Below are positions 9,902 through 21,700 of a stretch of DNA of 64,000 nucleotides, piece after piece; position 1 is the first letter of the stretch, and every line of letters starts with the position of its first letter. Position numbers and translations under genes: made by a program. The notes beneath the pieces are model-generated. The model ran no database searches, had not been told where the DNA came from, and was given only the letters and a program-made list of their open reading frames with translations. The stretch is from Lama glama (lineage: Eukaryota), in the NCBI GenBank assembly GCA_028534125.1, contig CM052817.1:48610001-48674000 (forward strand). The letters run 5' to 3'.

Positions 9902-12742
9902 CTAGGCCTGAAGTAGTAAGCAGTCTTGCACCTGGTCCTGTGGATTGGCCCCTATTTGAAGAGAATCTAATGGAGTTTGTTCATCTGCATTAAGTGGGTC
10001 TACATTTATATTCTGAAACTGTGCCCCAGTAGCTAACCCGGCCAATGAGTTAGGAATTTCAGTAGGCATAATTGGATCCCCATCAAATGAGCCTTGCCTT
10101 CCAATGCTAGATGGAGTTCCAGTGCTGGAGGTGTGATACTTTGCTAATTCGGAGCCAAAACATGGTAACTGTAGGATGCTAGATGGTCTTTGTTGCTGCC
10201 TTTCACCCTCATTTTCTTGGACTTCACCTGGGATTCCTTCTGGCTTGGGAACTTCTTCAGGTGTACCAATAACAAGCTGCTCAGGAGTAAGGTCAACAGT
10301 TCTTTCATTGAGCTGGTTGCCTTCAAATATTTGTTCCAAAACATTGTTCCCATCTCCCCCAAGATCACGTTTGAGGCAAGGTATATTCTTTGATTGAAGG
10401 GAACTGGCTTCAGGAAAGGGCATAATTCCCCTTTGGCTCAATTGATTCTTTACAGAACATGGTGTGTTCCTCCTCAGAGTGGATACATCATCTCTGAAAG
10501 GACTTGGGTTTTGACTTTCCCCAGGCAGTCTTTTCTCTGAGCTATTTCTTTGTCCAGGCAGGATGCTCATCGGGGAGGTAGTATATCTTGCATGCTTAGT
10601 ATGACTATCTTCTGTATACACAGGGCTGGTGTCTTGGTTCTCCCCTGGTGCAAGACCAAAAGATGGAGTGTAGTCTTGTAGAGCAAGTAGATTGTTCTTG
10701 AGTCCTATTGAGGCACCAGCACAGCAGGGGCTTTTCTGGCTTAGGTGAAATAAATGTGCTTCTTTTTGTCCTGCTGGGTAACTTGGAGGAATTAACTCTG
10801 GGAAAGCCAGATATTCTCTCTGTGGTGAATTTAACCTAGTAATTTGTATGTCATAATTCAAATTCTCACCTTCATGCCATGTTGGATTTTTCTGAAGCCC
10901 AGCTGGGGAATTACTGGAATAGGGCTTGTTCTCCTGGTGTAGTGAACTAGTGGGGACTTTGTGTAAATTTGTTGGCTGATCCCAGAAATTTCTGTTAAAA
11001 TATGGTCTTATTTCTTTCTGCCCTTGGGCTTGAATCCTGTGGTCCCAGGAGTTCCAGTGAGGAAATCTAGTGCTTTCTTCTTGTTCAACAGCATTATTAA
11101 CATAATAGCCCCTGCTCTCCACTGGTGGTGGTACAGTGGGAGCTATATTATATGACAGAAAATTCTCATCTGGGTTCCAGGGGTAAAATTCACCATAAGG
11201 AAGATCCTCCCTGGGTTTTGATGGATTATCTAGATAATAGGGAAGGTATTCTTTTGGTTGATTTAAGGTATATTGTTGTTTGCCTTCATAGGTCCTAACT
11301 GTTGGGCCTCCTTTAAAACTTGACTCCTCCGCACCCCATCTGCTTTGTCCTGGGAAAGGTTCATCCCCAGTTGGATCAGTTGGGTCTTCTTCATTGTAAT
11401 GGATCGTCTCTTTTGGGTCTGGAGTGTTCATGGGGTAGTGTGGATTTTCAGGCTGTCTCACTGTATTGGGTGAGTCATCTCTTTCACCCCATGTATTACT
11501 TCTAAGGTATGGTGAATTTCCCCTGGGATCATAGGGGCGATAGTCAGGGTAGTAAACACGTCCTCTTGAGCCATGGGAAGGATGAGATAAGTGTTCTTCC
11601 TGCCTCCCAGGATCTTCCTTAAAAGGTGGAGAGATTTCTTGTTGGTTCCAAGTATTCCTTCCAGTAGGAAAACGTTCCCTTGCAGGGGAAGGGATTCCCT
11701 CAGGATACACAGGCTGATATGTATTTTGCGTTAATTCTGGCTGTTTAGTTTCTGATTCATATGGTATTCTTCTTGGCTCTAAAATAATCCCTTTGGGCAA
11801 ATTCTGGCTTTGGATTTGTCCTTCAGAATTTGGGGCTCTTTTGGAATCTCCTCTCGGGTAATAAGAATTTTGATCAATAGAATTAAAATTTGGGGCTAGC
11901 ATATTGCCCTCAGGGTGAGGCAATTTATAGTTTGATTTATTAACTCCATAATCTTGAGAGTTTCTCCAGGGACCATTTGGATCCATTGTAGGAGTGACTG
12001 TTCTTTCTTTTTGACTTACTGGATTCTCTCTTGGATTTTGGATGTTTTCATTACCGCCAACAGTACCATGTTTAGGATCCAGAGGGGCAACATTGTTTCC
12101 CATAGGGTATTTATTTGGTCCCTGTGGCTTTCTTCTGAAATTCACTGGATTTCCTGCATAATTGAGAGCATTGCCTCTTGCAGTAGAAGCATAAGCTTTG
12201 CGATATAATGGATATCCTGGATGAACTGCTTGTTTTCCTTCCAAAGCAAAGGAGTTCCACCGAGGACCCCTTTGAATTTGTTGATTTCGGTAAAAAGGCC
12301 CATTCTGCCTGTGCCCCATGGCAGTACCAGTAGGACGCCATTGTCTTCTTGCAGGAAAACTTCGAATGTTAGGATTTGGATAATTTTCATGAAAATTTGT
12401 CTGACTTGGTCCCCATGGGGTTTGACTTCTTGGAACTCCCTGGCCTGAAACATTAACTACAGGGCCATTTTGAGCTGTAGGGTTGCTCACAGTGTTAGGC
12501 CCCTGGCCACTGTTTCCTGATGGGCTGGTGTCATTTCCACTCTGACTCCCTCTGGGATTGGGTGCATTTGGTTGGGTGGAATTAGTCTCAGGAACTGTTG
12601 AATTAGTTGAAGGTTCGGTGGCTGGACTTTCTGTTTTAGGAGGATCTTCTTCTTTGGGTTTTTCAAAATCTTCAAACATCTCTTCTGAATAATAAGGACG
12701 GCCCCCAAATCCATGAAATCCAAAATATCCAAAGAAAGGATT
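9902..12742 (-). CDS. ENAM: ENAM large terminal coding exon (2841 nt): NPFFGYFGFHGFGGRPYYSEEMFEDFEKPK...DQVQDCLLLQA*
   Basis: Acceptor cttccctacag (ct at 12743-12744) extends the 925-aa ORF by 21 codons. Contains the YSEE phospho-site, NST/NST/NDT sequons, an RGD (YYPRGDS) and C-terminal cysteines. Confidence 0.98.
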   Translation of the reverse strand, partial: NPFFGYFGFHGFGGRPYYSEEMFEDFEKPKEEDPPKTESPATEPSTNSTVPETNSTQPNAPNPRGSQSGNDTSPSGNSGQGPNTVSNPTAQNGPVVNVSGQGVPRSQTPWGPSQTNFHENYPNPNIRSFPARRQWRPTGTAMGHRQNGPFYRNQQIQRGPRWNSFALEGKQAVHPGYPLYRKAYASTARGNALNYAGNPVNFRRKPQGPNKYPMGNNVAPLDPKHGTVGGNENIQNPRENPVSQKERTVTPTMDPNGPWRNSQDYGVNKSNYKLPHPEGNMLAPNFNSIDQNSYYPRGDSKRAPNSEGQIQSQNLPKGIILEPRRIPYESETKQPELTQNTYQPVYPEGIPSPARERFPTGRNTWNQQEISPPFKEDPGRQEEHLSHPSHGSRGRVYYPDYRPYDPRGNSPYLRSNTWGERDDSPNTVRQPENPHYPMNTPDPKETIHYNEEDPTDPTGDEPFPGQSRWGAEESSFKGGPTVRTYEGKQQYTLNQPKEYLPYYLDNPSKPREDLPYGEFYPWNPDENFLSYNIAPTVPPPVESRGYYVNNAVEQEESTRFPHWNSWDHRIQAQGQKEIRPYFNRNFWDQPTNLHKVPTSSLHQENKPYSSNSPAGLQKNPTWHEGENLNYDIQITRLNSPQREYLAFPELIPPSYPAGQKEAHLFHLSQKSPCCAGASIGLKNNLLALQDYTPSFGLAPGENQDTSPVYTEDSHTKHARYTTSPMSILPGQRNSSEKRLPGESQNPSPFRDDVSTLRRNTPCSVKNQLSQRGIMPFPEASSLQSKNIPCLKRDLGGDGNNVLEQIFEGNQLNERTVDLTPEQLVIGTPEEVPKPEGIPGEVQENEGERQQQRPSSILQLPCFGSELAKYHTSSTGTPSSIGRQGSFDGDPIMPTEIPNSLAGLATGAQFQNINVDPLNADEQTPLDSLQIGANPQDQVQDCLLLQA

Positions 12743-15700
12743 CTGTAGGGAAGAAGATGGAAATCGATAATTACTCTTTGTTTCCTACTATGGTGCTTCT
12801 TGGAATTTTTGAAAGTGATAGAAAAATCTTATTAGCACATACTTCTTTTAACACCAGTGGCTATGCTTTCTTTCTTGAAATTTGATTCCTCCTTGGTTCC
12901 ATGACCCCTCTGCCCCTTCTGGTTCTCTCGTCTGGTACTCTAACTTTCTGACCATTACTTCTCAATTTTCTCTTCCTAGGCCTGGAGTCTAAGGTTTTGT
13001 TTGTTTGTTTGTGTTTGTTTTTTTTTTAGGATTCCATCCTCTATCCACCGTATTATTCTGTTCTCATTTTACACCCCTGCTTTGAGCAATCTCTTGCAGG
13101 CCAATTCTTTCAATAAGATATGTGCCAGTGACTCCTAAAACTATAGCTCTGACCCATGACAGTGTCTCCTGAGGTTGAGACAGCAAGACTGCTGCAGTAA
13201 ATATCTTACATGTACCTCCAACTGAATGTACACAGACTGGACTCATCTTCCTCAAAACCTCATTCTCCAGTATTCTCTATCTAAGCAGCATTCACCACTG
13301 TCCACCCATTTTCCCAAGTTTCCACTCTCTCCTGTATTTCCCCCAGACAATTAATAACCAGATCCTATAAAATCTCAAGTTTCATCCTTGTCCCCTCTCC
13401 TTTATCCCCAATACCCCTGAATTATTCTAACAATTTTCTTACTAGTTTCTTTGGATATAATTTTACTTTCCTCTAATCTTGCCTCTCCGTTGCCATCAGA
13501 GTAGTGGAGTAGTAGTGGGGGTGGGTGTGTGGGAAAGTTCTGTCACTTTCCTCCTTAAATATTAATTAAAGTTGTCCTTGCTTCACTGGATTAACTGTAA
13601 ACCATAACATAACACAAAGCATGGGGCTAAAGAGTGGGGCTTTAGACAAATATAGGTTAAAATCCCTATTCCACCAGTACTAGTAGATGACTCTGGGCTG
13701 ACCTCAGTTTATTCATCTGTAAAATGCAGACAATCAAATAATATCTTTCTCAGGGGTTATCATGAGGGTCAAATGAAGTAACGTATGTAAAGCTCGGTGC
13801 CTGCTACTTAGGAAGTGCCTGACAAGTGTTATATATTATATATTATTATTATTATTATTTTAAATAATCATCTGGCCCATAACAATTATATCCAGCCTCA
13901 TTTCCTCCCCTTGTTCTTTATGTGGTTGTAAATCACAACTAGTTGTAGCACTATTCTCAATGATATTCAAAAAGAAGGAGACCCTGAATATGTACTAACA
14001 TGGGTTAACCTTGAGGACATTATGCTAAGAGATAAGCCAGTCACAGAAAGATGAATACTGAATGATTCCATTATATGAGGTATCTGAAACAGTCACATTC
14101 ATAAAATCAAAAAGTGGAATGGTGATTGTCAAGGGCTGGAGGGAGGGGGAAGTGGGGCGTTACTAATCAATGGGCTTAAAGTTTCAGTTAAGCAAGATGA
14201 ATAAGCTCTTGAGATCTGCTGTAGAACATTGTACCTATAGGCAACAGTGCTGTATTGTATACTTCAGAATTTGTTGAGAGGGTAAATTAAGTGTCCTTAC
14301 TACAATAAATAATAATTTTAAAAAGTCACAACTACTACGAGCTCTCTGAGTACTCCGTTCTTTGTTCCAGTTCCTTTGCACATGGCCTCTGCAGACTGAA
14401 CTTTCTCTTCACCTACACGTTTATCCCTCCCGGAGAATTTGATTCATCTTCAGGACTCAGCCTGAATGCTCCCTTCTCTGTCCTGGCTTCCTTGGGCAGA
14501 ATTAGGCTCTACTCCTGGATGTCCACAGAAGTATAGGCTTCTGCTTTGGCAATTATCCCACTGAATTTTGGTTGCCTATTTTTCTGGGATTCTCCCACTT
14601 CACTCTCCCATGTGAAATTTTTGTGTGAAAGCATTCTTCTCATTTTTGTTTTCCCCAGCACTTTATCACAGTGGGAATTGCTTAGTAAATGTTTGGTTAA
14701 TGAATGATGTAATCATCATGAGCTCTGTCAGTCAGTGTGTTTCTTAGACATTTCGGTCATTTAGTTTTTCTTTTAAAACAAATGCAATCTAGAGAAAAAG
14801 TATTTTAATCCTTATCTGTGGATAGAGATGAAGAGACAGATGGGTGAGGATATGTCTCTGACAGCATGCAGGAAATCAGGCAGTGTCCCCAGGAGATGGA
14901 ATACAGATTTCTTAATGCCTGTGCTAACTGCCTGCTTCACTGTCTCGTGAAACGTTTGTGAAAATCTGAACGCATTTCTAGGTTGCATACACTTGTTTGA
15001 ATAATTTTTATTGGGGATTATTTGACAATGATACATCTGAAAGCACCTTATGCCGTTACTGACATAGGAGTTTTCAATGTCATTATTTTAACTACTTGCC
15101 CCTCAGCCCCCATGCTCCAGAGCTGTCAGTTTTCTGTATTTCACTGGTGATGTAGCAGTTATTTAGGGAGAAAGACGAAGTTTGCTCTAGGGGTGGGGTG
15201 CTGTGCCACAATCACTGCAATGGCTTTTTTGATGACACAGTGCTAGAATATTTAAACAGTGTATCACTCTGTGACATGCATTTGGCCCCTCTCCTAGTGT
15301 GGTGTCCTAAAAAAACATTGGACAGAATATCAGAGGACTTAGGTTTTGGGTCCAGTTTATCAATTGGCTCAGTAGGTGAAATTGGATAGTAATTTATTTT
15401 TTCTAGGCTTCAATTTATTTGTACAATGAGGGCATTAAGTGATTACTTAACTCCCTCCGAGGGATAACATTCTAAGATAATTTTACTTCATTCCTGTTCA
15501 CTAGTTGTCCCATCACTGTTTAGAGTCCAGCATCAACCCTGAGCAAAAGTTATTAGATTAGCCTTCTTAGAGAGAGAGAGAGAAAGAGAGAGAGATAAGG
15601 AGACTGAGAGAGAGAGTGATTTTAATACATGTAGAGGAGAAATGATATATCACATTTATTTTATTTTAGGTTACTGACTTGGTTTGTTTCACTTCTTTTT

Positions 15701-18700
15701 AAAATCATGACTACTTGAGTTACAGGTTCATGTGTTGGATTTTAACTTTCTTATTAGATGGGGATTAAACAAGCAGAAACTTTCGGATTGTAATTCGTAA
15801 TGAGAAGTACAGCTTTGCTTGTACTTACCCCGCCTTCTTCATTGCTGACTGGTGGACGTCCATAGCCTGTTGGTACCCTCTGAAAGGTGAAAAACACAAT
15901 GAACACAGAGAAAAGCACTTTCTATGCTGCTATTTGTAAAGCTCAAGGTGTTTTAAAATAGTTCAAGTCAGTGTTAGCACTGTTACCACCTTTTAGCTTA
16001 TGAGTCATTAGCTCTTACAATCTAGCGATTAATAATTATGACATAACCATCAGTGAATACAAAGGCTTCAGCGGGATCCTAGGTTGTCTTACTCAAAATA
16101 CCACATGAGGCTGCATCTCCTCACAGTTGCCCTGCCCCGTCACCAATACAGACACACACGCGTGCACACACACACATAGATTTGAGTGGTATTAAGATCC
16201 AAACATCCATATTTGAATATCTAATAATAGAGATTAAATAATGATGTTATTTTGAGAATGTACTTCACATTTAAAGTGACAAATTGATAATTCTTTCTGG
16301 ATTATTACTATAATACTTTATTTATATTTATTTTTTATTATTAAATGTAATATTTAATAAACCAAGGTTTATTTTCCAAATCAAACTTGGAGGCTGAGTT
16401 TCTTCTCAGGGGAGGGTTTAGAAAATTAGTTCAGCTCCCACAGACTTTCAAGAAGTTCTATGTAGATGAGATTAATAGCTATTTCAGCAAGAGAATCAGG
16501 TTTATGTGCTCTTTAAATCTTCACCTGGTACTGCTTTAGTTTTCTTAGTTCAGTATTACTGGTTAAAAGGATGTCACTCTTTTTAAGGAAAAAAAAGTAG
16601 AGAACTTTTACTCCTTGAAATGAATTGTTCCTTGGTGATAAGAAGCCTCTTGCTTATAAAGTTGTAGACAAGGAAAATCAATGTCATAGCTGAATGAAGA
16701 GTCATCAAATATTTATTGTTGTTGTTGTTATTAATTTAACTTCACCTGGCCTTTAATATTTATTTAGTACAAATAGTATATTTTGTGATTCTTACTTTAA
16801 ATGGTTGTCATGCAATTTCAATATTATGCTTTAATGATTTTAAACTTTAAAGGATTCTTGTAATTATTATGTTACACAATTCTTTATAATGAAATATCTT
16901 TGACTAGAAATAAGATATGATGGAAAAATCTTAGTCTGATTTCATAGCTCATCTTATGATTTTCAAACTCCATTTTGTCCCATTTTTCCTGTTACACTAA
17001 ATGAGGATAATCCTTGTGTTTTCTGATGTCTTAGGTGAGGAATAGTAATAAAGGAGCATAGCCCTTTAAAATTAATTCATTAACTAAGTTAGTAGTAGTC
17101 TTGGGTCATTTAGGCTGTGTTCATCTCACCAATTTGAGTACAAATTCTTTTTTTCCTACTGATGTGATGATTTTGTTTCATACTCTTTTCTGATTGGTAT
17201 ATGGCATTTCATTTAGAACATATGAATTCAGATTAGTATGGGACAGAACATGCTAATATTATTTTTCATTTCTAGCATAAGGGAAAAAACTCACGTGTGG
17301 AACATGCCACGGTGGCTGTTGGTAGGGAAATAGCCCATTGCCGAATGGTAGGAATGCCTAGAGAGAACAGAAGAATCAGGTTGATGTGGAAATGAGAAGA
17401 GCAGATGAAAAATGAAACAAACTTTTTAATTAAAGACAATTATTTGAAACTTGGAAATCTACATTTTCTTTTGCTTTTAACTGTGAATTTTTTAAAGGGC
17501 AGAGATAATAATAATAACAATAATTAGTATTATTGAGCACTTATGTTCTAGGTACTGTGCTGAGCATTTTATATATGTATATTTTTGATTTTAAAAAATT
17601 TTATTGAAGTGTAGTTGATTTACAGCCTTAGTTTCAGGTGTATAGCAAAGTGATTCAGTTGTACATATACATACATATATATTTTTCTTTTCAGATTCTT
17701 TTCTATTATATGTTATTATAAGAAATTGAATATAGTTCCCTGTGCTATAAAGTAGGTCCTTGATTTTTATCTGTTTTATATACAGTTATGTGTGTCTGTT
17801 AATCCCCAGCCCCTAATTTACCCCTCCCTGCCCTTTCCTCTTTTGTAACCATAGTTTTTTTTTTAACACTTTTATTGTGGTATGGTTACTGTGCAGTAAA
17901 CTACATATTTCAAATGTACAGTTTGATGAATTTTGATAGATGTAGACACCAATGAAACCACTACCACAATCAAGATAGCTAACATTTCCATCACTCCCTA
18001 AGAAGTGCCATTTTCGAATTCCCAATTTATTGAGCATTTTATATTGGTAAGCTCATTTAATCCTTGCATAACCGCAGAAGATATGTGCTATTATTATCCC
18101 TATTTCACTGTAGATTCTGAGGTTCAGAGAAATTAAGTCACTTGCCCCAAATCTCATATCTGGTAAATGATTGAAGCCAGGATTCAAATCCAAAAATGTC
18201 CTTTGATTCAGTTTTGTATTCTCTACATCTATAATAGTGTTTGATAATGAATGTTAGTTGACTAAAAGAGTATTTTAGAAGCTCCACACTGAATGAGATC
18301 TTGAGAAACCATCTGCATTTAAGTCAGGACTACACTCATGCCATCCTGAAGTCCTGGAAGCAGTGTTAACTTTCAGGGCAATATTTTAGATCATCAAAAC
18401 ATAGATCTGGAAGGGACTTAGAGCACATTTCGTTTACTCATGATGAACCTGGAGTCTATAAAGGCAAAGTGACTTGATCGAGATAATACAACTAATAAGG
18501 GCTGGGATAGAATTCAAATCTCTGTTCTCTGACTCTTCTGTTGGTGCTCATGTTTATACCATGTTGCCTCTGTATTTTAAAAGGAGTTTCTTTGGGTGAC
18601 AGTTTAAGTCTGGGTAACTTTTAATCAGATGAAGGCTGGAATAAACTTGCTAGGCAGTTTTGGATAGGTGGTGACAGCATCACCTTGGAAAAAGTGTCAA

Positions 18701-21700
18701 AACTAGTGATTCTGTTTCATACATAGCAGTACCCATACTGAGGAGCATTGGAGGAAGTGTGTTTGTAGGGGTTGCATGGCCTCCCAGTCCCTCTGAGACC
18801 ATTTATGACTCTGGTTTGGAATTTTAGTGGGCAAGCCTCACCTCAGGTGTCTGGGCTTCCTCTTGGGGCTGAGTTGGGGTGGGTGATGGCTGCTTTGAAG
18901 GCCATTTTGGTGGGAGCTTTTGAGGTTGAGGCTGGTCGGGTTGCTGGGTCTCTGGGGCTTGATCAGTGTTGCTCTGGTGATTGGGTGTTGAGGGAGATGA
19001 AGGTTTCTGTGGGTGATTCACCTTGGGTGGTGGCTGAGGCCACATGGGCATCTGATACTGTGGGAAGAGCTGAGGAATCTGCATACCATGGCCATACAAG
19101 GGGCCCAGGTGTGCCATCTGCAAGGGTAACAAATAACAGCAAAATCACATGACGGCCGAGATTCCAGCTGTCCCCTCTCTCTACTGTCAATCTCTAAAAC
19201 TCAGCTAAGGATCTTAAAAAGCCTATGAAACTTAACAATGGAAGCTTCAAGATTTGTAGCTAGCATTTCTTTACATATTGTCTTAGAGAAATGAATATCA
19301 GTCTTTCAGAAAACCAACCAACCAAACAAACAAAGCAAAAGGCAGAATTAGGTGAGAAATTTCAGTTTAAGAATTTGACTTATGATTTTCTAACTCTGAA
19401 GCCCTAACTCTGGTAGGAAGTGTACAAGTCAGGTTACATAGGAGTTGATGTCAAATTCAGAACTCCTGTGCCTTGTTACAGGCTGGACAAGGAGGAGAAA
19501 GAGCAAAAAGAAGACAAAGGAAGAGAGAGTGTCGAAACGAAAAGAGAAAGAGGGAAAGAATAAAAATTCCATGGTGCCTAGGCTTCTTGATTATGGGTGA
19601 ATCCTCATCAGTTCTGTTTTCATTGTGAAAATCTTCACCATTACAGGGTTGCAGGGAAGCAAAAGTAGTTATAATCTGAAAATGCTAATGTATAAATTGA
19701 CTGCTTTCAACAACGAGTCCCATTCAAACACCCTCCCTCTCTGATTTAACACCACTTTCTACCTCCATTCTTCATTAATCAGTCTCTCTCTGTTATGGAT
19801 GATGTACAAGCAAACAATATACAAACAATACAATGACATACAAATAATGCAAGTGCCATGCAGATCAGTGGAAGGTGAAGTACCAAATCTTGCATTAAGA
19901 TGTAGAATTTCATGACAATTAAGTTGGTAAAAATTTCAAATCATTGGCAAAATTGCTAGAACTGAGAATGAGTGTTTGAAAGAGTTGGGCCAAACAGTAG
20001 CTGAAGAAGAGAAAATGGACAATGATGATGATTTTAGGTGAGGGGCTTTAAAAGAGAATGACGTGAATGAAAAGGATTAAGAGAAAAATTGGTGAAGTCT
20101 TTGATTCCACCCCCCTCATTGGTTCTCATTATCATGTCACAAAAGTCAAAGTAACATGTAATGTTATTGTCCTATCATATAATTTTTTTTTAGAAAAGTT
20201 GTGCCAAAAGATTCAACTGATACTTGGTTCATTTTTAATTAGCTCTAAGACTTAGCACATAGTAGGAAGTATAACCTAAATTTTAAAGGTTGCATGAAAA
20301 CTTATTTCATAATTTTAGTGTTATCTTTCAAGATAATTCAAATAAAATTTAGACCCCTCAGTATTTACTTATGCTATTTTTTGTTCTCATTATTTGTAAA
20401 TATATCTTATGTAATCTTTTTCCAGAACCAATTTCTTTCAGACATGAAGAAACCTTGTAATTAAGAAAAGTTTTTATCTACATGAAAATACCGTATTAAT
20501 GAATAAGAAGATAGTTTGGTGTAAGAGGACAGGTGAAATGATTTTTCTTCCTTGAAACTCTTATAATGATTAATTAAATCATGGATATCTATTGATATCT
20601 TTATTAGCTAAGACAAACCTTATAATTATCTATATATAAACAAGAAATCATTAGAAATAATATAAAGTGAAACTTACATGTGGGGAATTCATAAAGTTGA
20701 AGTGACCGTAGCGCATCATCTGTGACCAAAGGAATGCATTAATGTGGCACAAAGTGAAAATTTTTTATTCAATGAAATCACAAGAAATAAGTTAAACTTC
20801 TGGTTTTTAGGTACAACAGTCATAAAGTCTTTTACTAATTACGCATGAATTTAAAATAAGTATGCAATTAAAAAACTTCCATGGCATTTTATTTTTAAGT
20901 CAGAATTTTATTTTGAAAAGAATCAATATAGAGTAATAGAGAATAAAAATCTTGTCTACACTGAAGTTTTTGAATATTCTGCTCTACTTTTGGAGTTCAG
21001 AGTTTACGAATGTGATATTTCTATGAAAAGATGATTCTCCTTTCTGTTGTGGTTTGAGCTTGGCTAATGATCTGGGTACGAGTCATGTAAAATATATACT
21101 TAAGTGTTTACCTTATAACAACCGTTGGTGGAATGGCTACCTTTGCCAGCTTGAAAACTTAGCAAAGAAGCTAACATTAACTATACTTTAACGGAATTCA
21201 TGTTTATCTTGAAAAGAAATATTGAAGCACATAGGTGGGATAATACTGGGGAAGTAACTACTTCGCCTTGATTTGAGAGCTTAAGAGATATAGAGTCTCT
21301 CTACCTTGTTCATGAGAAATTTTATGTCAGAAAGTTTCCCAATATTCTCCCTTTAAAATGAACTCTCAGGACAGGGCTCCTGAGACTGAACATACATACC
21401 TCCTCACTTTTACTGCTAAATCCAGGTATTCGGGGCATTTGCATCTGGAAGGAGAGAATGTTTGTGATAAATTCAGAACATCAGTTGAAATCAGCCCAAT
21501 AACTGTCCCCAAGCTATGCAACAATAAAACGTAAAGAAAAGACCTAATTTTTTTTAATACTCACTGGCATGGCAGCAGAATAACCAAGCAGACCTAGAAA
21601 GACCAAGAGAATCTTCATTTTTCCACTTGGTACCTGGAATACAAAACTGGATTTTATTTTTGATCTGTGATATAATTATGCTGAGGGCACTTGGTGATTA

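Noticed and set aside
10144..12732. Several antisense or alternative-frame ORFs overlapping the ENAM terminal exon
   Set aside because: They are short shadows of a real coding exon with no independent signals.
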